From assembly GCA_964106915.2 (NCBI GenBank), contig OZ066920.1: DNA of 64,000 nucleotides; one strand, written 5' to 3'. A model generated the notes under the pieces. That model had not been told where the DNA came from. It saw only the letters and a program-made list of their open reading frames with translations, and made no database searches. Position 1 is the first letter of the stretch, and every line of letters begins with the position of its first letter. Origin of the DNA: Podarcis gaigeae. Lineage: Eukaryota. The position numbers and the translations under genes are program-made. Positions 23,401-35,311 of the stretch are shown one piece after another.

Positions 23401-24634
23401 GGGCCAAGTATATTCCTTCTGCAAGGGAGCCCCTTCCCCTTTAACTGCACTCAGAGCTTGAGATCCAAAGATGGTTTATTCATCTATGGGGTGGGGAACC
23501 AGCCTGTGGCCTTCTAAGTGTCTCTGGACACCCACACCCATGAATCCCAGCCAAGGTGGCCAATGGTCAGGGATGGTGAGAAATGGGGAACATGGCAGGC
23601 CTAATCACTTTGGAAGAGGCAGCCACACCTGCAGTTTCCATCTGATTCTGGAGGAATATTTAGAAACTTAAGAGACTTTTCATCAATAATAATAATAATA
23701 GCTTTAAAGATTTCCTGCACAGAAACTCCTGGGTGGATATGCCTGAAATTTGGTGGGCTTAATCCACTCTGGAGAAGCGCCTTTGCTCGCAGCTTTCATC
23801 CTCTTAAGTGAAAGGGGGCGAAATATAAAAGGTGCATGGAGATTTGCCATTGTAGTCAACAGGCGTGAAACAAGAGCTTTGGGTTTAGCACATCACACTT
23901 GGACCCAAATAATGAATGGAACCGAAACGACAACAAGCAGATCTGAAACAGATTGGGCTGCTTCCAAACGCAACAGACACAAATGCAAGGCGAGTCTTGT
24001 AGCCGTTGCACCCGTAGAGGTTTTTTCCCCCCTGCCGTCCACAGGGTGGTGCTGTGAACCCACCAGTCTCAAATCATATCCTTCCTTTGTACAGAGACCT
24101 ACTGCGTACTGCATAAAAAGGGAGAAAATAGTACATCCAGATGTGACACACTTTGCACACTGTTGATCAGCGCTGGGAACCAGCAGTCGAACGGACCTGT
24201 GCAACAGAGCTCTCCGTCAACTAAATACTAAAAAAAAGACCTGGAAAGTGAAAGTGAATTGCTATGTTTGTGTTAACACGGGACACAACTTCAAGGAGCT
24301 TGTGACGCAAAACGAGCACCGAGGTGGGAAAAGCAAAATGCTGCTCTTAGCTTTAGCTTGATTGTTGTGTTTCTGCTCAATGCAACTCTGCGACTGTGGC
24401 TCTCCGTATTGGACCATAACCACCAGTAGTGCAAGTGCTGCTGCTGCCCTCTCCAAGCCACGTGTCTGCTAGGCAATCAGACATGGGGATGGCAATGAGG
24501 GTTAGTGGTTGCAGCAGCATACAACTGGCAACCTCTTACCTTTCCTTGTGTGTCCTCAGTGTCCACGGTGCAGATCCCCTGCTAAGCACTTCCATATTGT
24601 GTAGTGCTCAAGGCTGGCAGCTGGTGGTGGCAGC

Positions 24635-25175
24635 TGTCAGGAGCGAGCCAGCAATAAATCACACTGAGTTAACTCTTTATTAGAATAAACCAGGTCTGCT
24701 CAGGAGCGCTAGGCCTAATGAGCACAGCAACTCTCCTCAGTAGGTCTTGCCCCTATGAGGCAGTCATGGAGGCTGAAGGACCCTGCCTTCCCACAGCAGC
24801 CTAAGTCTCCTTCTCTCCCAGGTCCTTCCCAAGCAAGCTGAAACTTCGCTAGTGCACCTGCTTCATACCTCTACTCAACTTGGAAGACCAGACATCAGCC
24901 TGACTCATCTCTGCCTCTTGCCTCCCTTCTCTCCTGATTCTAGACTTCTCTCTGCCGCAGACTCTCCCTGCTCACTAAAACCTGGCACTTCTTCAGCTTC
25001 CGACACCTCCTTCTCTTCCCAATCTTCTCCCTCTGACCGCTCATCGTCAGCCCACCCTGCATTCTGAGCCTTCTTCCCTTGGAGGTTCACCCTCCCACCA
25101 CTGCTCTGTGTCCAGGAAGGCAATGGCAGTAGCCTTGGTGTTCCTCCACAGGGACCTGCATGCCAGGACCTGATA
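24635..25175 (-). mobile_element. Putative solo LTR / LTR-like repeat
   Basis: Termini tgtcagg ... cctgata. AATAAA on the minus strand near the left end, and a purine-rich minus-strand interior. No TSD confirmed. Confidence 0.4.
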
Positions 25176-25227
25176 GTGCTCTGGGGCAAATTTAGGGGGT
25201 GCTTGTGAGTGCCACCAGCCCTCATCA

Positions 25228-25602
25228 TGTGAATGGGAATGTTAATTGGCCTTTCTTTGGGGATCCCTTGCTTCCTGGCATGACCTTTGAAATATACTCG
25301 GAGTCCTGTAGTGATTTCATGCTCTTTATTGCAGCTTGTAAAACAGTGATTGAATTGCCCCCCAAACCGCAGGCTTTTATATACATTATTTACAATGATT
25401 GGCTGATTCTGCTTCCCTCCTGGAGCCTGATTGGTCTTTTCCTGCAAGCCAAACAGTTGTTGCATTCTACGATCCTACCAGCCCAATAGGCTGATTAACT
25501 TCCTCCTGGAGCCTGATTGGTCTTTTCCTGTAAGCCCATCAGTTGTTGCATTCTAAGATCCTCCTTGCCTATTGTTCTAGGATCCACGCTTAGTACATAA
25601 CA
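25228..25602 (-). mobile_element. Putative solo LTR with U3 tandem duplication
   Basis: Minus-strand order is TG start, several CCAAT boxes in an ~88-bp duplication, TATATAAAA (25374-25383), then AATAAAGAG (25322-25330). The left boundary is uncertain. Confidence 0.55.
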
Positions 25603-26601
25603 ACCTTGCTGCTAGGCTCTGTGGCAGCTGCTGTGTGCGAGCGGTTTCTGGATCTCCAACATGCAGCTGCTGCTGCTTTCATGTTGTGGAAAGAAACTTC
25701 AGAGAGAGGTCTCATCACAAAGGTCTCATTTGCTTCCCATCTCTGGTGGGTGGTCCTTGTTTGAGAACTGCTGAGAGTGCCTAGTGTTTGTTGGTTGTGC
25801 CCTTCTAGTGTAAAGTACCTTTTACCAGGTAACCCTGTGCCCCTCTCCGAAGCACACAGTCTTTTTGCACTTTTGAGGCAGCCTGCTGTGCCACCGGATG
25901 CAAGATGTGAGGTGAGCTGCCGTGTGATTGGCCAGGGTTCATGCCAGATCTCAAGCGTGCTTTGGCCAGGCTTCAAGCCAGATCTCAAGCGAGCGGGGGG
26001 GGGGGGTGGCACGAGAAGGTGAGCCTTTCTGAGAATTAGGAACATTCCCCTCCCCTCCCCATTGACTTTCATGAAGGGGGGGGTGAATGCTATCCAGAGA
26101 CTGTGAATCTGTTAACTCTCTGTCTTCTAGTGTTTCTTCTGCTAGCTATCCCCCATCCAGTATTTCCCAGCTTCTGCCTTCTGAACGATGCCCCTCTGCA
26201 AACCACTGTTCCAAATCTATGCTGTCCTCCTGCTCCTGGGAAGATTCAGGATCAGGAGGAGGGGGTGACTCCCACCATTCTTCCTCAATGCAGCCCTCCT
26301 CAGCATGGTCCCTGACATCTGAACAGAGTTAAGGTTCACCATAAGTCCTCACTGCCTGCTCCAGCCTGCACTACTCCCAGGGATGCTCCTTATTCAGCAT
26401 CAAATTTGTTGGACTCAGCCCAGTTGCAATGGGGAGTTAAGCCAGCATATCACTGGCTGAGGCAGGCTTGGGGGCCTATGCTGGCATAGCTGGGAACCAG
26501 ATCCAGTAGATCCTAACTCATCCAGGTGGATCTAGGGCGGGGGTCAGCAACCTGCGGCTCCAGAGCCGCATGTGGCTCTTTAAAGCCTTTGCTGCGGCTC
26601 C

Positions 26602-27470
26602 GGGGAGGAGGCGATGGGAGGAGGCGAGGAGCGGAGGCGAGGGGAGGAGGCGAGGAGCGGAGGCGAGGGGAGGAGGCGAGGGGAGGAAGCGAGGGGCGGA
26701 GGCGAGGGGAGGAGGCGAGGGGAGGAGGCGAGGGGAGGAGGCGAGGAGTGGAGGCGAGGGGAGGAGGCGAGGGGAGGAGGCGAGGAGTGGAGGCGAGGAG
26801 TGGAGGCGAGGGGAGGGGAGGAGGCGAGGAGTGGAGGCGAGGGGAGGAGGCGAGGGGAGGAGGCGAGGAGTGGAGGCGAGGGGCGGAGGCGAGGGGAGGA
26901 GGCGAGGGGAGGAGGCGAGGAGTGGAGGCGAGGGGAGGAGGCGAGGGGCGGAGGCGAGGGGCGGAGGCGAGGGGCGGAGGCGAGGGGAGGGGAGGAGGCG
27001 AGGGGAGGAGGCGAGGAGTGGAGGCGAGGGGAGGGGAGGAGGCGAGGGGAGGAGGCGAGGGGAGGGGAGGAGGCGAGGGGCGGAGGCGAGGGGAGGAGGC
27101 AAGGGGAGGAGGCGAGGAGTGGAGGCGAGGAGTGGAGGCGAGGGGAGGGGAGGAGGCGAGGGGCGGAGGCGAGGAGTGGAGGCGAGGAGTGGAGGCGAGG
27201 GGAGGGGAGGAGGCGAGGGGCGGAGGCGAGGAGTGGAGGCGAGGGGAGGGGAGGAGGCGAGGAGTGGAGGCGAGGAGTGGAGGCGAGGAGTGGAGGCGAG
27301 GAGTGGAGGCGAGGGGAGGGGAGGAGGCGAGGGGAGGGGAGGGGAGGAGGCGAGGGGAGGGGAGGAGGCGAGGGGAGGAGGCGAGGAGTGGAGGCGAGGG
27401 GAGGAGGCGAGGAGTGGAGGCGAGGGGAGGAGGCGAGGCGAGGGGAGGAGGCGAGGGGAGGAGGCTGAGG
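26602..27470 (+). repeat. Purine-rich minisatellite, 13-bp units GGAGGCGAGG(GGA/AGT/GGC) with GGGGA inserts
   Basis: A directly visible tandem array. It accounts for the five long low-complexity ORFs at 26518-27605. Confidence 0.95.
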
Positions 27471-28160
27471 AGTTAGTTGCCTGAAGCCCCTTTTTAAACT
27501 TAAGCAGGGGGAAGTTTGGTGAATTGTTCTTTCCTTGGGGAAAGCAGGCTGCATTGAAAGGGGCCGTATACACTGGTCACTGTTTTGAAGGGGAGTGAAG
27601 AACACACACTCAAAAAAAGGTAACTTGTTAATTTTATTTCTATGAGGAGGAGTAATTCTGAGGGGTCAAACAAATGAATAATAAAAAGGTATTTTTATAA
27701 TGACGAATGCCTCATTATTAATTATTATTTACATCAGACACTGATTATGATTTATGGTACACTGGGGCCCTGATTAATTTTCTATGGCATTTTGGGGCAT
27801 TGATTATTGGGCATAGCAAGTTGCGGTCGCGTGGAATTTGTGCTTTGTGATTGTTTGAGGTGGGGGTTTTTTCTTGGGAGGCTGGGCGGCGCGAAGAGAG
27901 GGATTATTTTTATAATGACGAGGATGACATTGGGCCCTCATTATTAATTATTATTTGCATCAGGCACTGATTATGATTTATGGTTTACTGGGGCCCTGGT
28001 TAATTTTCTGTGGCATTTTGTGGCATTGATTATTGGGCATAGCAAGTCGCGGTCGCGTGGAATTCCACGTGGAGTTAGTTGCCTGAAGCCCCTTTTTAGT
28101 TGCTTGAAGCCCCTTTTTAAACTTAAGCAGGGGAAAGTTTGGTGAAAGTTTGGTGAATTG

Positions 28161-28278
28161 CTGCCAAGGAGTGTGGTGGAGTCTCCTTCTTTGGAGGTCT
28201 TTAAGCAGAGGCTTGACAACCATATCTCAGGAGTGCTCTGATGGTGTTTCCTGCTTGGCAGGGGGTTGGACTCGATGG
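28161..28278 (+). mobile_element. CR1 LINE 3' fragment inside the hAT element
   Basis: gtggtggagtctccttctttggaggtctttaagcagaggcttgac...gggggttggactcgatgg. Nearly identical to the CR1 piece at 35010-35100. The terminal repeat tail is missing. Confidence 0.8.
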
Positions 28279-28468
28279 AGTCCTGTCGATCTTCGGTTCC
28301 ACATATGTATGTGAGCAGGTCTTCTCCAACATGAACTATATTAAAAACAAACACCGATCACGCCTCACAGATGACAGCTTGCAAGCCTGTGTGAAAATGA
28401 AGGTGACGTCTTACAGCCCTGATGTGCAGACACTGAGCACTGAGGTTCAGGAGCAAAAGTCCCATTAA
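28279..28468 (+). pseudogene. hAT transposase C-terminal (dimerisation-domain) remnant
   Basis: VLSIFGSTYVCEQVFSNMNYIKNKHRSRLTDDSLQACVKMKVTSYSPD...QKSH* matches the hAT signature STY.CE..FS.....K...RSRL. Confidence 0.85.
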
Positions 28469-29369
28469 CCTGGTTACCTGGTTGTAAATTAAATATTTTA
28501 ATTAGCTATTTGTCCTTTTTTCTTGAGATTGACAGCTGACTGCACGATCCTGTATATACAGCATTAAGGCAAGAAACAATATATACAGTGTTATATTTGT
28601 TTTAAATGTTGCAATGTTTTTGCGGCTCCCAGTTGTTGTTGTTTTTTTGGAAACGGGTCCAAGTGGCTCTTTTTGTCTTAAAGGTTGCAGACCCCTGATC
28701 TAGGGTAAGGACTGTGCCTTTAGATGCCTTTACAAGAATCATGAGGTCTAGTGACCTAAGTGACATAATTTTGCCATGCAGTCCACCTGTTTGGAAATGA
28801 TTAATATGAAGACTCATGAACAACTATAATGCACTTGTTCTACTGGAGCCACAAGTTAGTCTGGTTCCATCGGCCAGTGTATACTTTGTCTCCCACTGTC
28901 TATAAGATGCAATCCACATACATTTTAAAAAATGAGTATTTGTCCTATGTGTCCATGTGGTGTGTTCTCTGCATGTAACTCATAATGCTGCTTCTTCACA
29001 AAGCCCTGCCACCACACATTGCCTTTAGTGTGGTGGCACCTGCCCTTTGGAATGTGCTCCCTGTGAACATAAAGCAAGCATGTACAGTAGTGCATTGATG
29101 TATCAAACTGATCTCCTACTGGTGACACATTTTCTACTTGTTTAATGAATGCAATTTTACTGTCGCTTTTATGCTGCTCACTGTCATATGACATTTTTTC
29201 TCTTAATGTTGACAATATAGTACAGAATTTTTTTTAGCAATCTGTACATTGCATATATGTTTTCTATAATGTTAATAGCTTGATCTGGAGCCTGCCGTTG
29301 TCACAGTGTTTGCTTGGAGAAGGCCCCTACCCTATGGTCATGAAAGAAGCATGTACTAAGGAGACAATA

Positions 29370-29735
29370 AAAGGTAAAGGTAAAGGTACCCCTGCCCGTA
29401 CGGGCCAGTCTTGCCAGACTCTGGGGTTGTGCGCCCATCTCACTTAAGAGGCCAGGGGCCAGCGTTGTCCGGAGACACTTCCGGGTCACGTGGCCAGCGT
29501 GACATCGCTGCTCTGGCGAGCCAGAGCCGCACACGGAAACGCCGTTTACCTTCCCGCTGGTAAGCGGTCCCTATTTATCTACTTGCACCCGGAGGTGCTT
29601 TCGAACTGCTAGGTTGGCAGGCGCTGGGACTGAGCAGCGGGAGCGCACCCCGCCGCAGGGATTCGAACCGCCGACCTTTTGATCGGCAAGTCCTAGGCGC
29701 TGAGGCTTTAACCCACAGCGCCACCTGCGTCCCAC
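29370..29735 (-). mobile_element. Sauria SINE, full length, young distinct subfamily
   Basis: (aaaggt)3 tail, a tRNA-like head and CpGs largely intact. 12-bp TSD aaggagacaata. Confidence 0.92.
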
Positions 29736-30447
29736 AAGGAGACAATACTGCAGATATTTTTTTTATGGCACTGGATTGAATCCTTATAACTCAGCTGTTT
29801 TTTTAAAAGGGTGGGGGAATGGAAATCCCAAGAATAATACAATGGGAAATTAAATTGGCGACTGTAGAAGAGTTTGAAATTTAATCATCTTATGCATGTT
29901 AGAGAGGGCAAAAGAAAATGTCAATGTAATATGAATATAGTTGATAAGTTATTCCACTACTGGAATGGACATGATTCATTGAAGATAAACAACCAGGCTG
30001 AAACACTGACATATACAAACCAATTTGTTATATCAGAGTTGGGAAGCCTACAGCCCTCCACCAGCCAGCATGGCCAATGGACCAGGATGATGGGAGTTGT
30101 AGTCCAGCAACACCTGGAGGACCCCAGGTTCGCCAGTACTGCTATATATTGTCTACTCAAAATTAAGACCTGTTGAGTTGAAAGCGGCTTAATATCACAT
30201 ATGTGGACATAAAGTCACACCAGATCCAAATCCCATTCAGCAGTTGGGCTGCTGCTGCTGCTCTGCCTAAGCGTGGCGAAGAAAAATGAAATACTGTAGT
30301 GTTCTGTGCCAGGTTGCCAGATCACATGACTGATCTGAATGGGCTTAATCCCGCCCCCACAACATCTACACCCTGCCCCTTTTCTGGAACTTACGCTGGC
30401 CTCAGCTGTGTCAGCAGAGCCCTTGCTGAGATGGGATGAACAAGTTA

Positions 30448-30785
30448 AAGGTAAAGGGACCCCTGACCATTAGGTCCAGTTGCAGACGACTCTAGGGTTG
30501 TGGAGTTCATCTCGCTTTATTGGCCGAGGGAGCCGGCATACAGCTTCTGGGTCATGTGGCCAGCATGACTAAGCCGCTTCTGGCGAACCAGAGCAGTGCA
30601 CGGAAACACCGTTTACCTTCCCGCCGGAGCAGTACCTATTTATCTACTTGCACTTTGACATGCTTTCGAACTGCTAGGTTGGCAGGAGCAGGAGCAACGG
30701 GAGTTCAATCCCGTTGCAGGGATTCGAACCGCTGACCTTCTGATCAGCAAGCCCTAGGCTCAGTGGTTTAACCCACAGCTCCACC
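30448..30785 (-). mobile_element. Sauria SINE
   Basis: Typical body and tail. 7-bp TSD caagtta. Confidence 0.9.
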
Positions 30786-30949
30786 CAAGTTACACTGCCA
30801 TTATCTTCAGCTGAGCCAAGATTGGAGATTTGCCACCAGCAGAGCCCAGCTGACCTGGAGCTCTGCTGCACCCTAAACTGCTCACCCCAGCGACTCTTGC
30901 TCCAGAATTGGCCCCTTGGAGTCTAATTATTTCTTTACATTGTTAAAAG

Positions 30950-31076
30950 CAGGGCTTTTTTTCAGCTGGAATTCCGTTCTGGCACCTCTCAAGTAGGCAT
31001 CATTGCCATTCTAAGAGAGGCAGGGAGGTGTTCGTGGTGAGTTCCAGCACCTCTTTTTCTAGATAAAATAGCACTG
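30950..31076. mobile_element. hAT MITE
   Basis: Ends cagggctttttt / aaaatagcactg. Perfect 8-bp TSD gttaaaag. Confidence 0.8.
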
Positions 31077-32052
31077 GTTAAAAGCATGGATTTTTTCCCC
31101 ATTTTAACAGACCCTTTTGTCATTTTGATAATGACTAACAACTAAAATAAATAAAGAATCAAAGGCACATGCGTAGATGATTCATCTACTTCAGCAGCAT
31201 GCCAAAAACCAGCGATGGACTGACTGTATATTTTCGCCCCTTTTGCCGCAGATGTACACAACAGCCTTGCCACCGACTGAAGCCGCCAGAACGGCTTGAC
31301 TTTCTTCCTCTGGGCCCAGACGTTGGGGTGATTGTGAGAACAGGCTCCGAAGTTAAGCTCTAAAAGACTTACAACCCCCAAGGAATCGAGAAACACAGGC
31401 TCAGCAACGAATTCAGGAGAAGTGATTACACCATAATTTTAGAGATAATGCCTCATTTTGGGAATCGGCTGCAGGAGTGGGCGGCCTCTGGAGTTAGCTG
31501 AACAGCTGGGTAAATTACAAATGATAGTAAAACCAGGGGTTGAGTTTACATAGCTGGAGTCTCCAAGCAGAAATACAAATTATGACAAATTAATGGGAAG
31601 TGTGACATTCTCTGTACATGTAAATAAACACTGCAGTGGCGAACCTCTCTTGTTCCCCAAGTGCTAGTAAATAAAAGTATAAATGAGATCCCATGCAAAG
31701 TAAGCACATGCTTATAATTTTCCAGCATTGTTGATCCCCTGTGTGAAATTTCCTATTTTTATTGCTTCGGTGTTTAGGTTTTCGACAAAGCGGATAGCCA
31801 TCTCTCACCCTGAAACCAATCAATAGGGCTATTTCTTGTATAAAATGACATTTCTATGGCAGATACAGGGAGAAGACACTGGGTTACATCCAATGGTGTG
31901 TTCCACTGATGCAACAGGAACCCCCTTTCCTCTCCTCACTCTGCTGAGCCCCCCAAATATTCTCTGGAGGGACCCCAAACACTCTGAAGCAGAGATTGCA
32001 AGGGAAGGATGTGTCATTGCGAAAACAGAAGTCTCCTATGCAAGTGGAACAG

Positions 32053-32253
32053 CAGTGCCGGATTAACCCTGTAGAGGCCCCTACGCAGTCGAAATCTCGG
32101 GGTGGGGGGCTCGCAAACTATCTCCTAATAAGTTTTTTATTTTACCAGCCAACAATTTTAATAAACCAATTTTGATCCATTGTCACGGCGCCCCTAAGAG
32201 GCATGGGGCCCAAAGGCCGGTGCCTACTCTGCCTATTTGGTAATCCAGCACAG
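32053..32253. mobile_element. hAT-like MITE (cagtgccggatta family)
   Basis: Ends cagtgccggatta / taatccagcacag resemble those of 16830-17421. TSD not confirmed. Confidence 0.55.
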
Positions 32254-33829
32254 GATACAACCTACTGTCCCAAATCTTTGTCTCCATGTACACTCTGCTG
32301 GACTCCAGCTCCCATGAGCCCCAACCACCATGGCCAATGGTCAGAGATCATGGGAGTTGTAGTCCAACAACCTCTGGAGGGCCACAGTTCAACATCCCTG
32401 CTGTGTGCCAATTACATTTCACTGAACTCGATGGGCAATGCAGGTGCAGAAGAATGGCTAGCTCCAAGTTCTTGTAGGCCCCCAAATGGTTGCTAAAGGG
32501 TGTATATTTGACTTCGGTTTAACTGATTTGTGGGCTGATCTAACCATCCTTTTTTAAAATGGCTTTTTAAGAGCTCTTCCTGCTATTTAAAAACACCTGC
32601 AGCGGGACAAGAACAAAATCAGTTAGTGTACGGTCAAATAAGAAAGTTTTCTTTCCCTCCCCTCTGGGAAATAGGAACCGAAACAATGCAGTCTTGAGAT
32701 CCAGTTCAGAAGTGGTCCTGACTTGCTGGGTGGAGTTCAAGAACATTGTTAGTTCACATGGTAAACAACTCTACCAGCTGAAATTCTTGTCACCGTTTCG
32801 CTGTCCCTGGAGCTTTACATAACAATCCACTGAGTTAACTGAATGAAATAAATACCGTATGTGAAAGACAAATATTCGAGATTTTCTGCATTGAAATGTG
32901 TTCAAGGGAAGGGCAGTGGTAGGTGAGTGATTCTTGGAGAACTGGATATGAAAGAATGTGCCATTTCCCCCGATTTCAGGTTTTTCAGGGATAAACTGTC
33001 AATACTTTACAGGACCATAGTTTAAACTCTGTAAATAAATACATGTGATAAAATTGTGCAAATAGTGCATGGCAACATTTTCTCATTTTCTTCAGGGTCC
33101 CAGGGTCCCAAATTCGCTCCAATTCCACTGTACAAATCAGATTTTCCTGGGGAACATGGCTAGTCAAAAAAATAAAAAGCACTTGGGACACAGACCTATG
33201 CTTAGAAAACCCAGGATAAAAGGAAAGTGTGGATGAGCCTTGAGGATCAGTGACTGGCCCCAAGGTCACTCAGTGACCTTCATGGCTCAGTGGGAATTTG
33301 AACTCTGGTCTCCTAGGTCCCAGCCCAACACTCTACGTTGAAAACGTTGGCATTTGGAGTTAAAACACTCTGCAAATGTTGAACTTACGTAAATGCTGGA
33401 TCCCTGTTGGAGGAGCACACTTAATCCTGGGTATAATCACACTGAGACTCTTGACTTTCGGAAAATAAGAAAGCTATGTTTGCTGCGTGAAATACATGCT
33501 TGATTGACAGGAAAGATCTCAGTTCTCTCTACCTCAGGTGGTGATGCCCTGAGCTAAGCTTGCTCTTGCATTTCAGCAAGAGACACACAAAAGGATGTCT
33601 CTTCTCCCAAGGTGAGAATAAAGAGGAAGTAGGTAGGAAATGAAGGAAGGTCAGCACAGGTTAGGTCAGAAAGGACAGTCTAGGAAACACAGCAGTTTCT
33701 CTCTCTGTCTACATCAGCCTCCAGTGCAAGGGGAGTTTCAACCCAACAAAATATTGATGAGATCATTACTTTACAACATTGTAGGGTGCTCTACAACGAA
33801 TTATAATGGGCCAGATGGGTGGTATATAA

Positions 33830-33873
<44 letters not shown>
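33830..33873. repeat. (ATT)n microsatellite, probably a retroelement tail
   Basis: attattatt run preceded by the L2-like tail gatgggtggtatataa. Confidence 0.85.
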
Positions 33874-34633
33874 GCATAAGCATTTTATATAGAGTTAAGA
33901 ATCTATGCATGGCAACTGAGGACTCATCCACTCAGTCCCAATCCCACTGAACCATTGTCTGCACTTTCTCAGCCTTGAGAACTAGAAACTTTCTCCTTTT
34001 TTTCGGAAAGAAAATAAATTGGATTTTCTCCAAATGCTTAGTTCAGTATCCCCTACCAAATCTCCAGCTTTCTAGTGTCATTGCAGAAGTTCAATGTGCA
34101 GAAACAGCCTAGGACATGATACGAGTGATTTTTCTGAAATTACAGGCGGACTGTTTCTAGAAAGCTTCGTTTAGAGCTGACTTTGCTTTTTAAACTTTAG
34201 TTACACCAAAGCCTTCAGGGATGAGAGAGTGGATAAAAAATTAAACAAACTTTTTTAAAAAACAACAACCATGAAGCCCTATCTTCTTCAGGGGAGACGG
34301 TTTCTCTCTGCCTAGTGAAAGGACAGTTGGTCAAGGCTGTGGTTAACACACAAACACACACACGGGTGCTCTTACCAAACTCATTATTTGTTCTTCTAAA
34401 AATCTATAAAGCCAACACTGAGGGCAGGTTGGGCAAGCAGGCACCACCAAACTAGGCACTGACAAGTGGTCAAAGGTTGGCCGACTGCACTGGTAGGGAA
34501 TAGGGAGCAATGAAAATAGATAAGAACTATCTCCCTGCTCATAGCAGAGGCATGGCATTACTTCTGAACAATAGCCCAATTCCAAGGTTGTTCCCCAGTG
34601 ACTAGAAAGCTGCCGTTTATCCTAGATGAAGTA

Positions 34634-34875
34634 CAGTGGTACCTCGAGTTACATACGCTTCAGGTTACATACGCTTCAGGTTACAGACTCCGCTAACCCA
34701 GAAATAGTGCTTCAGGTTAAGAACTTTGCTTCAGGATGACAACAGAAATCGTGCTCCGGCGGCGCAGCAGCAGCGGGAGGCCCCATTAGCTAAAGTGGTG
34801 CTTCAGGTTAAGAACAGTTTCAGGTTAAGTATGGACCTCCGGAATGTATTAAGTACTTAACCAAAGGTACCACTG
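34634..34875 (+). mobile_element. Tc1/mariner MITE, intact
   Basis: TA|cagtggtacctc ... ggtaccactg|TA. Same family as 13874 and 14103. Confidence 0.9.
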
Positions 34876-34892
34876 TATAGCTTCCTGTGGTA

Positions 34893-35311
34893 AAGGTAAA
34901 GGGATGCCTGACCATCAGGTCCAGTCGTGGCCGACTCTGGGGTTGCGGCGCTCATCTCACTTTACTGGCCGAGGGAGCCAGCGTACAGCTTCCGGGTCAT
35001 GGCCAGCATAGATTCATAGAATCATAGAGTTGGAAGAGACCACAAGGGCCATCGAGTCCAACCCCCTGCCAAGCAGGAAACACCATCAGAGCACTCCTGA
35101 CATGACTAAGCTGCTTCTGGCAAACCAGAGCAGCACACGGAAACACCGTTTACCTTCCCACCAGAGCGGTACCTATTTATCTACTTGCACTTTGATGTGC
35201 TTTCAAACTGCTAGGTTGGCAGGAGCAGGGACCGAGCAACGGGAGCTCACCCCATCGCGGGGATTCGAACCGCCAACCTTCTGATTTAACCCACAGCACC
35301 ACCCGCGTCCC
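34893..35311 (-). mobile_element. Sauria SINE with nested CR1 3' end (35010-35100)
   Basis: 15-bp TSD tagcttcYtgtggta. The SINE body ggccagcat|gactaag is interrupted by (catagaat)n-gagttggaagagacc...ctcctga. Confidence 0.88.

Larger units (their letters stand above)
26538..28697 (+). mobile_element. Internally rearranged hAT (Buster/Charlie-type) DNA transposon with cargo
   Basis: TIRs cgggggtcagcaacct / aggttgcagacccctg (14/16). Perfect 8-bp TSD atcTAggg at 26530-26537 and 28698-28705. Contains a transposase C-terminal remnant. Confidence 0.9.

Noticed and set aside
26518-27605. Five long ORFs (284-351 aa; extensin-like Pro/Ser or Arg/Gly/Glu-rich)
   Set aside because: They are a by-product of a stop-free satellite inside a transposon. 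There is no splice, codon or homology evidence for a gene.
28241-28468. Domesticated transposase gene (GTF2IRD2/ZBED-like)
   Set aside because: It is only a C-terminal remnant fused to CR1 sequence inside TIRs, and the catalytic region is missing.
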